Assembly (NCBI GenBank): GCA_964516485.1
Contig: CAZEYY010000002.1
Span: 3,047 to 62,476 of the forward strand
Direction of reading: 5' to 3'
From: an uncultured Rikenellaceae bacterium
Lineage (GTDB): Bacteria > Bacteroidota > Bacteroidia > Bacteroidales > VadinHA17
DNA length: 59,430 bases
Each line of letters starts with the position of its first letter. Within the stretch, counting starts at the first letter, position 1. The position numbers and the translations under genes are program-made. The notes beneath the pieces were generated by a model, which was given only the letters and a program-made list of their open reading frames with translations, was not told where the DNA came from and made no database searches. This document shows, piece by piece, positions 51,635 to 59,430 of this stretch.

Positions 51635-52591
51635 ATGGATAAAAAGAGGCGGACGGTAATCACGGTGGCGATAATGGCAGCTGTATCTGTTTTGGCATTG
51701 ATGCTGACTTTTGGATTCAGGGATATCAGGGAAAACAGGACAAATCAGGTTCCTGATTCGCTCTACAGTATTCAGACATTCACTTTACCGGATGAACTGT
51801 ACTTTGCCGGAGAAAAGGTGCCTCTTGAAAACTTCGATACAAGGGAGAGTCTTGAAAGGGAAATTCTGATAAGCGCATACAGGCATTCTTCAACAATTCT
51901 TATAATTAAACGGGCAGGAAGATATCTGCCAGTGATCGAAAAGATTTTGAAGGAAAACAATATTCCTGAAGATTTCAAATACCTTGCTGCTGCTGAGAGT
52001 GACTACAGCAATATGGTTTCTCCTGTGGGAGCCACTGGCTTCTGGCAGATTATGGCAGAGACAGGCAAGGAACAGGGAATGGAGGTAAATACTGTTGTGG
52101 ATGAACGTTATCATGTTGAAAAATCAACAAAATTTGCCTGTGATTTTTTCAGGAAGTCCTATGAGAAATATGGCAGCTGGACCCTGGCTGCAGCCTCATA
52201 TAACGGAGGCAGGAGAAGAATGGACGAACAGATCGGGATTCAGAATCAGAAGAACTACTATGACCTTCTTCTTGCTGAAGAAACTGCAAGGTATATTTTC
52301 AGGGCAATAGCATACAAACTTATAATTTCAGATCCCAAAGCTTATGGCTTTGATATTGAACCAGGGGATCTTTATCCTGAACTGAAATATTATGAAGTCA
52401 GGGTGGATACTTCAATAAGTGATTTTTCAAAGTTTGCCGATCATTTCGGCACCAACTACAAAATGCTGAAATACCTTAATCCATGGCTCAGGAAGCCTTA
52501 TCTGACTCCCGGACCCAATAAGGTTTATACAATCAAGATCCCATCCGAAGGAATGAGGACTGTCGAAAAAACCGAAGTTGATTCCAATTGA
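51635..52591 (+). CDS. Membrane-anchored lytic murein transglycosylase (SLT domain)
   Basis: An N-terminal TM anchor is followed by the SLT catalytic block LAAAESDYSNMVSPVGATGFWQIM and the block AASYNGG. Confidence 0.75.
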   Translation: MDKKRRTVITVAIMAAVSVLALMLTFGFRDIRENRTNQVPDSLYSIQTFTLPDELYFAGEKVPLENFDTRESLEREILISAYRHSSTILIIKRAGRYLPVIEKILKENNIPEDFKYLAAAESDYSNMVSPVGATGFWQIMAETGKEQGMEVNTVVDERYHVEKSTKFACDFFRKSYEKYGSWTLAAASYNGGRRRMDEQIGIQNQKNYYDLLLAEETARYIFRAIAYKLIISDPKAYGFDIEPGDLYPELKYYEVRVDTSISDFSKFADHFGTNYKMLKYLNPWLRKPYLTPGPNKVYTIKIPSEGMRTVEKTEVDSN

Positions 52592-52610
52592 AGCAAGGGG
52601 AACAAGTGCA

Positions 52611-55430
52611 ATGAGTGAAGAGATTAAGGTGCTTGGCGCCAGGGTGCATAACCTGCAGAATATTGATGTAACTATTCCGAGGAATCAGCTTGTAGTGATA
52701 ACAGGACTGAGCGGAAGCGGCAAATCATCACTGGCATTTGATACTATTTACGCTGAGGGTCAGCGCAGGTATATGGAGACATTATCTGCATACGCCAGAC
52801 AGTTTCTTGGCGGCATGGAACGGCCCGATGTTGATAAAATCACAGGACTGAGCCCGGTTATTTCAATAGAGCAGAAGACAACAAATAAAAATCCCCGTTC
52901 AACAGTAGGCACCATAACAGAGATCTATGATTTTCTGCGTCTTCTGTATGCAAGAGCCGGCGAAGCATATTCCTGGGCATCGGGTGAAAAGATGGTTCGT
53001 TACACTGACGAACAGATACTCGAGCTTGTCAATACAAAATTCAGGGGACTCAAGGTATATTTCCTTGCACCTGTTATTAAGGGAAGAAAAGGTCACTACA
53101 AGGAATTGTTCGAGCAGTTGAGGAGGAAGGGATTTCTTCATGTGCGGATTAACGGCGAGATACGGGAACTAAGCCCCGGAATGAAACTCGACCGCTATAA
53201 AACACATTTCATTGAACTTGTTATAGATAAATTCAAGGTTGGTGAAACAACAGACAAGAGGCTGCATGATTCGATAATAATGTCACTTGATATGGGTGAC
53301 GGGGTAATGATGGTTCTTGATGCGGACGGGAATGAGCCACGTTATTTCAGCCGTTCACTGATGTGCCCTGTTACAGGCATCTCGTATAATGAACCGGCTC
53401 CCCATACTTTTTCATTTAACTCACCTCAGGGAGCCTGCCCTCATTGCGGAGGCCTTGGTGAGGTTTCCACAATTGACGTTGAAAAGATGATTCCAGACAG
53501 GAATCTGAGTATCAGGAAAGGTGGTATTGAACCTCTTGGTAAATACCGTAATATATGGATATTCTGGCAGATAGAAGCTATAGCAGAGAAAAACGGATTT
53601 ACTATAGATACACCAATCAGGGATATTCCTGAAGAAGCCCTGAATAAGGTTCTGTATGGCTCAGATGAGGTTCTTAAACTTTCAAACACACCTCTCGGAA
53701 TGACTTCAAACTATTTTCTTACTTTCGAGGGTGTCGTGAACTTCATTGGCAATACTGAAACAGTTAACGGAACTCAGCCGGTTTCAAAAATAAAAGAACA
53801 GTATGTCCAGTACAATGTATGTCCGGAATGTAATGGTACAAGACTTAAGAAGGAAGCGCTCTATTTCAGGATAGCAGACAGGAATATAGGTGAGCTGTCG
53901 GCTATGGATATCAGGGAACTGTCAGTATTCCTCGAAGGGATTGAAGACAGGATGACCGGTAAGCAGAAAGTGATTGCTGCAGAGATACTTAAAGAGATAA
54001 GGGCAAGGCTGGGATTCCTTCTTGATGTCGGGCTTGAATACCTGTCGCTGAACAGGGGGGCAAGGACTCTTTCAGGAGGCGAAAGCCAGAGGATACGCCT
54101 GGCCACACAGATCGGTTCAAAGCTTGTAAACGTTCTTTACATACTTGATGAACCAAGCATAGGTTTGCACCAGCGTGACAACAGGAGGCTGATAACTGCA
54201 CTTAAGCAGCTCAGGGATGCCGGCAACTCGGTTATAGTTGTTGAACACGACAAGGATATGATTCTTTCGGCTGATCACGTAATAGATATGGGACCCGGAG
54301 CAGGGGTGCACGGAGGACTTGTTGTCGCAAGCGGGACTCCGGATGCTATTATGAAGAAAGATTCACTTACAGCAAGTTACCTTAATCATGAAAGAAAATT
54401 CATTATCCCAAAGAAGAGGAGGGAAGGAAATGGGAAATTCCTGATATTGAATGGAGCCAGTGGCAATAACCTTAAGAATGTCGACATGGTTTTGCCTCTT
54501 GGTTTATTTGTTTGTGTTACAGGTGTTTCCGGAAGCGGTAAGTCGACTCTGATAAATCAGACGCTTCACCCTGCCCTTGCCAGAAAATATCACAATGCAG
54601 GCAAGGCCCCGCTTCCGCACAGGGAGATACAGGGGCTTGAACATCTTGACAAGGTGATTGAAGTAAGCCAGGCTCCTATCGGAAAAACACCACGCTCGAA
54701 TCCTGCAACATATACCGGAGTATTTACAGATATCAGAAAGCTTTTTGAACAGACAACAGAGGCCAAAATAAGGGGCTTTGGTGCAGGACGCTTTTCTTTC
54801 AACATAAAGGGAGGTAGATGTGAAGGCTGTGAGGGAGCCGGCGTGAAAACTATTGAGATGAATTTCCTTCCTGATGTTTATGTTCACTGTACTGAGTGCA
54901 ATGGTAAACGATACAACAGGGAAACTCTTGAAGTCAAGTATAAAGGCAAGTCAATAAGCGATGTACTTGAAATGACAATTAACAATGCTGTTGAATTCTT
55001 TGCCAATGTGCCTTCTATCTATCATAAGATAAAGACTTTACAGGATGTTGGCCTTGGTTATATAAGGCTTGGACAGCAATCAACCACTCTGTCGGGCGGA
55101 GAGGCTCAGAGAGTAAAGCTGGCTACAGAGCTTGCACGGAAAGACACTGGTAAGACACTTTATATACTTGATGAACCGACGACAGGACTGCATTTTGAGG
55201 ATGTCAGAGTGCTGCTTGAGGTTCTTAATAAGCTGGCTGACCGTGGGAATACGGTAGTTGTTATTGAACATAATCTCGATGTTATTAAAATGTCGGATTA
55301 TATTATTGATCTCGGGAAGGAAGGCGGAAAATCAGGGGGTAAGATCCTGTTTTCCGGCACACCTGAACAATTGATAAGGAATAAGGAAAGTTACACAGGG
55401 AAATTCCTTAAGGAAGAATTAAAGGCATAA
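52611..55430 (+). CDS. uvrA: Excinuclease ABC subunit A
   Basis: It has two ABC modules (GLSGSGKSSLAFD, GVSGSGKSTL), the signature motifs LSGGESQRIRLA and LSGGEAQRVKLA, and zinc fingers CPHCGG and CPECNG. Confidence 0.93.
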   Translation: MSEEIKVLGARVHNLQNIDVTIPRNQLVVITGLSGSGKSSLAFDTIYAEGQRRYMETLSAYARQFLGGMERPDVDKITGLSPVISIEQKTTNKNPRSTVGTITEIYDFLRLLYARAGEAYSWASGEKMVRYTDEQILELVNTKFRGLKVYFLAPVIKGRKGHYKELFEQLRRKGFLHVRINGEIRELSPGMKLDRYKTHFIELVIDKFKVGETTDKRLHDSIIMSLDMGDGVMMVLDADGNEPRYFSRSLMCPVTGISYNEPAPHTFSFNSPQGACPHCGGLGEVSTIDVEKMIPDRNLSIRKGGIEPLGKYRNIWIFWQIEAIAEKNGFTIDTPIRDIPEEALNKVLYGSDEVLKLSNTPLGMTSNYFLTFEGVVNFIGNTETVNGTQPVSKIKEQYVQYNVCPECNGTRLKKEALYFRIADRNIGELSAMDIRELSVFLEGIEDRMTGKQKVIAAEILKEIRARLGFLLDVGLEYLSLNRGARTLSGGESQRIRLATQIGSKLVNVLYILDEPSIGLHQRDNRRLITALKQLRDAGNSVIVVEHDKDMILSADHVIDMGPGAGVHGGLVVASGTPDAIMKKDSLTASYLNHERKFIIPKKRREGNGKFLILNGASGNNLKNVDMVLPLGLFVCVTGVSGSGKSTLINQTLHPALARKYHNAGKAPLPHREIQGLEHLDKVIEVSQAPIGKTPRSNPATYTGVFTDIRKLFEQTTEAKIRGFGAGRFSFNIKGGRCEGCEGAGVKTIEMNFLPDVYVHCTECNGKRYNRETLEVKYKGKSISDVLEMTINNAVEFFANVPSIYHKIKTLQDVGLGYIRLGQQSTTLSGGEAQRVKLATELARKDTGKTLYILDEPTTGLHFEDVRVLLEVLNKLADRGNTVVVIEHNLDVIKMSDYIIDLGKEGGKSGGKILFSGTPEQLIRNKESYTGKFLKEELKA

Positions 55431-55467
55431 GAATTTTTTTAAATTAGCTGCTTCAAAAAATAATAGT

Positions 55468-56178
55468 ATGGAGAAACCATCTGATCTTATAAAGGATGCA
55501 TTTGAGATGAAGACCTGGAATGAGATTCACACAACTGACTCATGGAGGGTTTTCAAGATTATTTCAGAACTCGTTGAAGGTTTTGAAAAGCTGGCAAGGA
55601 TAGGTCCTTGTGTGTCAATTTTCGGTTCAGCAAGGACTCACTATAATGACAAGTATTATAAAATGGCTGAAGACATAGCCTATAAACTGACTCAGAAGGG
55701 GTATGGAGTGATCACTGGCGGAGGTCCGGGCATCATGGAGGCTGCAAACAAAGGAGCGTCAAGGGGCAACGGAAAGTCGGTTGGAATTAACATAGACCTG
55801 CCTTTTGAGCAGCATCCCAATACCTATATTGATGCTGACAAGCTTATAACTTTTGATCATTTCTTTGTAAGGAAGGTAATGTTCATGAAGTATGCACAGG
55901 GTTTTATTGTGCTTCCGGGTGGTTTCGGAACTTTTGATGAGCTTTTTGAAGCCATTACCCTGATTCAGACAAGAAAAATTGGTAAATTCCCTATTATTCT
56001 TGTAGGAAAGAAATACTGGAAAGGGCTTCTTGAATGGATAGAGGAAGTAATGCTTGAACAGGAAGAGAACATCTCACCGGATGACCTGAAGCTTTTCAGC
56101 CTTGTTGATACATCCGATGAAGCTGTTGACGCGATAGTGAAGTTTTACTCGAGATACCTGCTCAGTCCCAACTTCTGA
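55468..56178 (+). CDS. LOG family (TIGR00730) nucleotide 5'-monophosphate nucleosidase
   Basis: Matching blocks are GGGPGIMEAANKGA and the LOG motif PGGFGTFDELFE. Confidence 0.85.
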   Translation: MEKPSDLIKDAFEMKTWNEIHTTDSWRVFKIISELVEGFEKLARIGPCVSIFGSARTHYNDKYYKMAEDIAYKLTQKGYGVITGGGPGIMEAANKGASRGNGKSVGINIDLPFEQHPNTYIDADKLITFDHFFVRKVMFMKYAQGFIVLPGGFGTFDELFEAITLIQTRKIGKFPIILVGKKYWKGLLEWIEEVMLEQEENISPDDLKLFSLVDTSDEAVDAIVKFYSRYLLSPNF

Positions 56179-56640
56179 TCATTTCGATTTGCGCATGCGG
56201 TCCATTTCCCTGGACGCATCTTTTCGTTTCAGCGTTTCACGCTTGTCATATTCCTTTTTGCCTTTTGCAAGAGCGATTTCAGCCTTTGCAAGGCCTTTCC
56301 CGTTTATGAAAACCTTTATTGCAACTATTGTGAGGCCGGTTTCCTTTACTTTCCTTTCAAGCTTTCTCAGCTCTCTGCCGGTAAGTAACAGCTTTCTGTC
56401 GCGTATAGGATCATGATTGTTCAGGTTACCCCACCAGTATTCCGATATATGCATTCCGCGAAGGTATAGTTCACCTTCAGAAAAGATGCAATAGGTATCT
56501 GCTATTGTAGCTTTTCCGAGCCTTATTGATTTTATTTCAGTACCATATAGCTGGATGCCTGCAATGAACTTCTCGATAAACTCAAAATCGTGAGAGGCTT
56601 TCTTATTTTTTATTACTATGTCTGCTGAGCTGCCTTTCAT
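56179..56640 (-). CDS. smpB: SsrA-binding protein
   Basis: Matching blocks are [29 protein letters not shown] and the basic C-terminal tail. I used the ATG at 56640. The stop codon directly abuts the LOG gene's stop codon. Confidence 0.9.
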   Translation of the reverse strand: MKGSSADIVIKNKKASHDFEFIEKFIAGIQLYGTEIKSIRLGKATIADTYCIFSEGELYLRGMHISEYWWGNLNNHDPIRDRKLLLTGRELRKLERKVKETGLTIVAIKVFINGKGLAKAEIALAKGKKEYDKRETLKRKDASREMDRMRKSK

Positions 56641-56648
56641 CCTGTAAA

Positions 56649-57230
56649 TCAATCAAAGAATGCATAAAATACCCTGTCGGTAAGCATTGTGAAAAAGAAA
56701 TCGAGTGCAAGATAAAAACCTGTCATCACAATTGTTGCTGCAATCAGCAATGGCATTCTTTTATGCTGGGGAGGATTCAGAATGGCATTGGCGCCTGACC
56801 AGAAAACATACAAGCCATAGAGGCCAAGAATGTTCAGGAAAAGCAATGATTCAAATGCTGAGCTGACAATACTGCAGAGAAGAAAAGGGACCATTGAGAA
56901 GGTCACAAGCCTGAAGGCAGTACTGAAGTCCCTTCCCAGATCAAGAGGATAGGTTATCTCCTTCAGTATAAATGAAGTGGAATATATTACTGCAATAAGC
57001 AGGATGAAGGTTTTAACACCATGGAATACAGAATAAAGAAGTGGCATCTCAGTATTTACAAATACAGCAGAGCCGGTAATGCCGGCCAGAGTCACCAGCA
57101 GAACAAGAGGAAATAACAGGCTGTTTCTTATCAGCTTTGTTGAAGCTGGCTCAGAAAGAGTTGTATTCCAGTAGTTTCTGGGAGTAGTTAGTATGTTCTT
57201 TATGCTGGCAAAAAGAAAACGGTAATTCAT
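56649..57230 (-). CDS. Yip1-like polytopic membrane protein
   Basis: It has five predicted TM helices and no other motif I recognise. The family assignment rests on size and topology only. Confidence 0.45.
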   Translation of the reverse strand: MNYRFLFASIKNILTTPRNYWNTTLSEPASTKLIRNSLLFPLVLLVTLAGITGSAVFVNTEMPLLYSVFHGVKTFILLIAVIYSTSFILKEITYPLDLGRDFSTAFRLVTFSMVPFLLCSIVSSAFESLLFLNILGLYGLYVFWSGANAILNPPQHKRMPLLIAATIVMTGFYLALDFFFTMLTDRVFYAFFD

Positions 57231-57253
57231 AAATTATAATTTTAATTGCGCGT

Positions 57254-57261
57254 CAAAATTA
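57254..57261 (-). promoter_or_regulatory. Candidate -7 box (TAatTTTG) for the Yip1-like/smpB operon
   Basis: The minus strand reads taattttg 24 nt upstream of the ATG at 57230. Confidence 0.3.
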
Positions 57262-57305
57262 AATAATTTTAATGTAAATTGCTTTGAATACAAAAGATCA
57301 GCAGT

Positions 57306-58262
57306 TTGAATAAGGAAACTTTTGAAGGTTTTGATCTTATTCTTGTAACTGGTCCCACTGCTTCAGGTAAAACATCACTGGCCGTTGCCCTGGCTCACAG
57401 ACTAAACGGAGAGATCATTAGCGCTGATTCACGGCAGGTGTACCGTGGCATGGATATTGGTACGGGAAAAGATTATGATGATTATTACATTGACGGGTCA
57501 AGGATTGCCTGTCACATGATTGATATTGTCGATCCCGGTTATAAGTATAATGTATTCGAGTATCAGCGCGATTTCTTCAAAGTATACCGATCACTGAAAG
57601 AAAGAAAAGTCTTTCCTGTTGTCTGCGGCGGTTCCGGAATGTATGCCGACAGCATAATCAAAGCATATAAGATGACTGAAGTGCCTCCCGATTCAGGTTT
57701 GCGGGAGAAGCTGGAGAAGAAACCGATGGATGAACTGATAGGTATATTGTCGTCCATGAAGGATCTTCACAATGTGACAGATATTGATACAAAAAAGAGG
57801 GCAATCAGGGCTATTGAAATTGAACATTTTTCGCGAAGCAGGAAAGCAAACAAAAACGTAATGCCCAAGTTGAATTCCCTTGTTATTGGCGTTTCACTTG
57901 ACAGGGAAGTAAGGAGGCAGAAGATTTCAGCCAGACTTAAAGCAAGGCTGGAATCAGGTTTGATAGAGGAAGTTGACAGGCTGCTTACAACCGGAATGAC
58001 TCCTGAGGCGCTTATCTACTATGGACTTGAGTATAAGTATGTTACTTTATACCTCACAGGCAGTCTGAGCTATGAGGAAATGGCGAGGGACCTTGAAATT
58101 TCTATACATCAGTTTGCAAAACGACAGATGACCTGGTTCCGGGGAATGGAAAAGAAGGGTACAAAAATACACTGGATAGACGGTGAACTGCCTATGCCGG
58201 AAAAGCTTAACAGGGTTCTTGAACTTATGAAAACGGAAAGTCCTGAAACAGTAAGTATGTAA
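57306..58262 (+). CDS. miaA: tRNA dimethylallyltransferase
   Basis: It has the P-loop VTGPTASGKTSLAV and the blocks SADSRQVYRGMDIGTGK and CGGSGMY. The apparent start codon is TTG, and there is no in-frame ATG before the P-loop. Confidence 0.88.
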   Translation: MNKETFEGFDLILVTGPTASGKTSLAVALAHRLNGEIISADSRQVYRGMDIGTGKDYDDYYIDGSRIACHMIDIVDPGYKYNVFEYQRDFFKVYRSLKERKVFPVVCGGSGMYADSIIKAYKMTEVPPDSGLREKLEKKPMDELIGILSSMKDLHNVTDIDTKKRAIRAIEIEHFSRSRKANKNVMPKLNSLVIGVSLDREVRRQKISARLKARLESGLIEEVDRLLTTGMTPEALIYYGLEYKYVTLYLTGSLSYEEMARDLEISIHQFAKRQMTWFRGMEKKGTKIHWIDGELPMPEKLNRVLELMKTESPETVSM

Positions 58263-58300
58263 AGCTCTGTTTTGATAAGCCTTACATACTCCCGGTAAAT

Positions 58301-59430
58301 TTACTTCAGATACTGGTCCAGCCATGCGAAGAATTCCCTTTGCCAGATTATTGCATTCTGTGGTTTTGTTACAAAGTGATATTCGTCTTCAAAGAAAAGC
58401 AGCCTGCTTGGAACTCCCTTAAGCTGTGCTGCCTGAAATGCTTCAAGGCTCTGGGTATAAGGTATCCTGAAATCATTTGCACCTGTTATAATAAGAATGG
58501 GAGTGTCCCAGTTGTCGACCATCAGATGAGGAGAGTTCTTATAGCTTTCAGGCGTATTCCAGTATGGTCCTTCTATATCTTTGTCGGGGAACCACAATTC
58601 TTCAGTTGATCCGTACCAGCTGGTAAAGTCGAACATCCCGCAATGTGATATAAATGCACTGAACCTGCCGCCATGCATGCCGGCCAGGTAAAAGACCGAA
58701 TATCCGCCATAACTAGCACCCACAGCTCCGATCCTGTTTTTGTCAACATAAGGTTCTGAGGCCATCGCATCGGTGGCATCGAGGTAATCCTGTATGTTTA
58801 AGCCTCCGTAATCTCCTGATATCTGTTCTTTCCATGCCTGTCCGAATCCGGAATTGCCCCGACGGTTAGGTGCGATGACTATATATCCTTTTGCAGCCAT
58901 CAACTGATAATTCCAGCGGTACGACCAGGACTGGTCGAGCGGACCCTGAGGGCCTCCCTTGCAGAAAAGCAGGGCAGGATATTTTTTTGAAGCATTAAAA
59001 TCGGGGGGGTAAATTACCCACATCTGAAGATCCTTACGGTCCTTTGTTTTTACATGTTTCTCCTCAACCTGCCCCATTTTAACGGCCTCATAAATATGTT
59101 TATTGAGGGCAGTTATTTGCTTTATTGAACCGTTAGCAGGATCAATTGTACATATCTCATTAGCCATTGACATTGAAGCTATTCCTGAAACCAGAATACC
59201 GGACTGATACTGAACCGGTCCCATGTTATGTGCCCCTCCGGTAAGCCTGTCAACACCACCGGATGCCAGGTTAGTCCTGAATACCTGTGCAGTTCCGAGG
59301 TATGAACATGTAAACAGAAGGTTCTCCTTGTCCTGCCATTTAATATTTTCAACATCGAAATCCCATCCCTTTGTCAGCCAGTGTCTTTTTCCCTCGCTGA
59401 TGTCATAAATAAAAAGTCTGTCAAGATCAG
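58301..59430 (-). CDS. S9 family serine peptidase (prolyl oligopeptidase/DPP type), 5'-truncated by the window edge
   Basis: The nucleophile elbow is GASYGGY, and the Asp and His blocks are ITGANDFRIP and EDEYHF. The frame stays open upstream of the track's Met at 59224 all the way to position 59430, covering the beta-propeller part. Confidence 0.8.
   Translation of the reverse strand, partial: DLDRLFIYDISEGKRHWLTKGWDFDVENIKWQDKENLLFTCSYLGTAQVFRTNLASGGVDRLTGGAHNMGPVQYQSGILVSGIASMSMANEICTIDPANGSIKQITALNKHIYEAVKMGQVEEKHVKTKDRKDLQMWVIYPPDFNASKKYPALLFCKGGPQGPLDQSWSYRWNYQLMAAKGYIVIAPNRRGNSGFGQAWKEQISGDYGGLNIQDYLDATDAMASEPYVDKNRIGAVGASYGGYSVFYLAGMHGGRFSAFISHCGMFDFTSWYGSTEELWFPDKDIEGPYWNTPESYKNSPHLMVDNWDTPILIITGANDFRIPYTQSLEAFQAAQLKGVPSRLLFFEDEYHFVTKPQNAIIWQREFFAWLDQYLK

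Noticed and set aside
59003-59009. A G7 tract in the S9 peptidase gene, considered as a phase-variation site.
   Set aside because: It is shorter than the G8 tract at 1827 and lies in the core of a housekeeping-type peptidase (encoding YPPDF). No supporting context exists.

Overview
The window is a gene-dense stretch of chromosome (about 90% coding), almost certainly from a member of Bacteroidota. Supporting signs are a T9SS C-terminal sorting domain, a GldB lipoprotein, a MurF-Alr fusion, DUF1573 and DUF5686 proteins, and repeated TAnnTTTG -7 promoter boxes 20-50 nt upstream of start codons.

Most genes are housekeeping:
- Translation and RNA modification: rluD, rpmH, rsmG, rsmI, tgt, miaA, smpB.
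- Replication and repair: dnaB, uvrA, tdk.
- Envelope and isoprenoid: murF-alr, ispE, an LptF/G permease.
- Metabolism and cofactors: nadE, lpdA, meaB, an acyl-CoA carboxyltransferase with a biotin carrier.
- Metal uptake: znuABC.

I found no rRNA, tRNA, CRISPR array, transposase, integrase or prophage genes. Two real small genes are missing from the ORF track: rpmH (7075-7233, minus strand) and a 2x[4Fe-4S] ferredoxin (28456-28623, minus strand). About a dozen track ORFs carry spurious N-terminal extensions that run across promoters or terminators.

The least housekeeping-like region, and my best candidate for an undescribed system, is about 36.9-45.5 kb:
- an OmpR-type response regulator and histidine kinase;
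- a twin-arginine-signal protein with an apparent sugar-isomerase-like fold;
- a divergently transcribed secreted coiled-coil protein;
- three 11-bp-phased TTAAC(C/A)C direct repeats in the divergent promoter region;
- a three-gene operon encoding a small orphan cytoplasmic protein, a catalytically dead M14 carboxypeptidase paralog and an intact M14 carboxypeptidase.

A second candidate is an ECF sigma factor translationally coupled to a protein that combines an anti-sigma-like N-terminus, one transmembrane helix and a C-terminal outer-membrane beta-barrel.

All functional calls come from reading motifs by eye. No database search was run.
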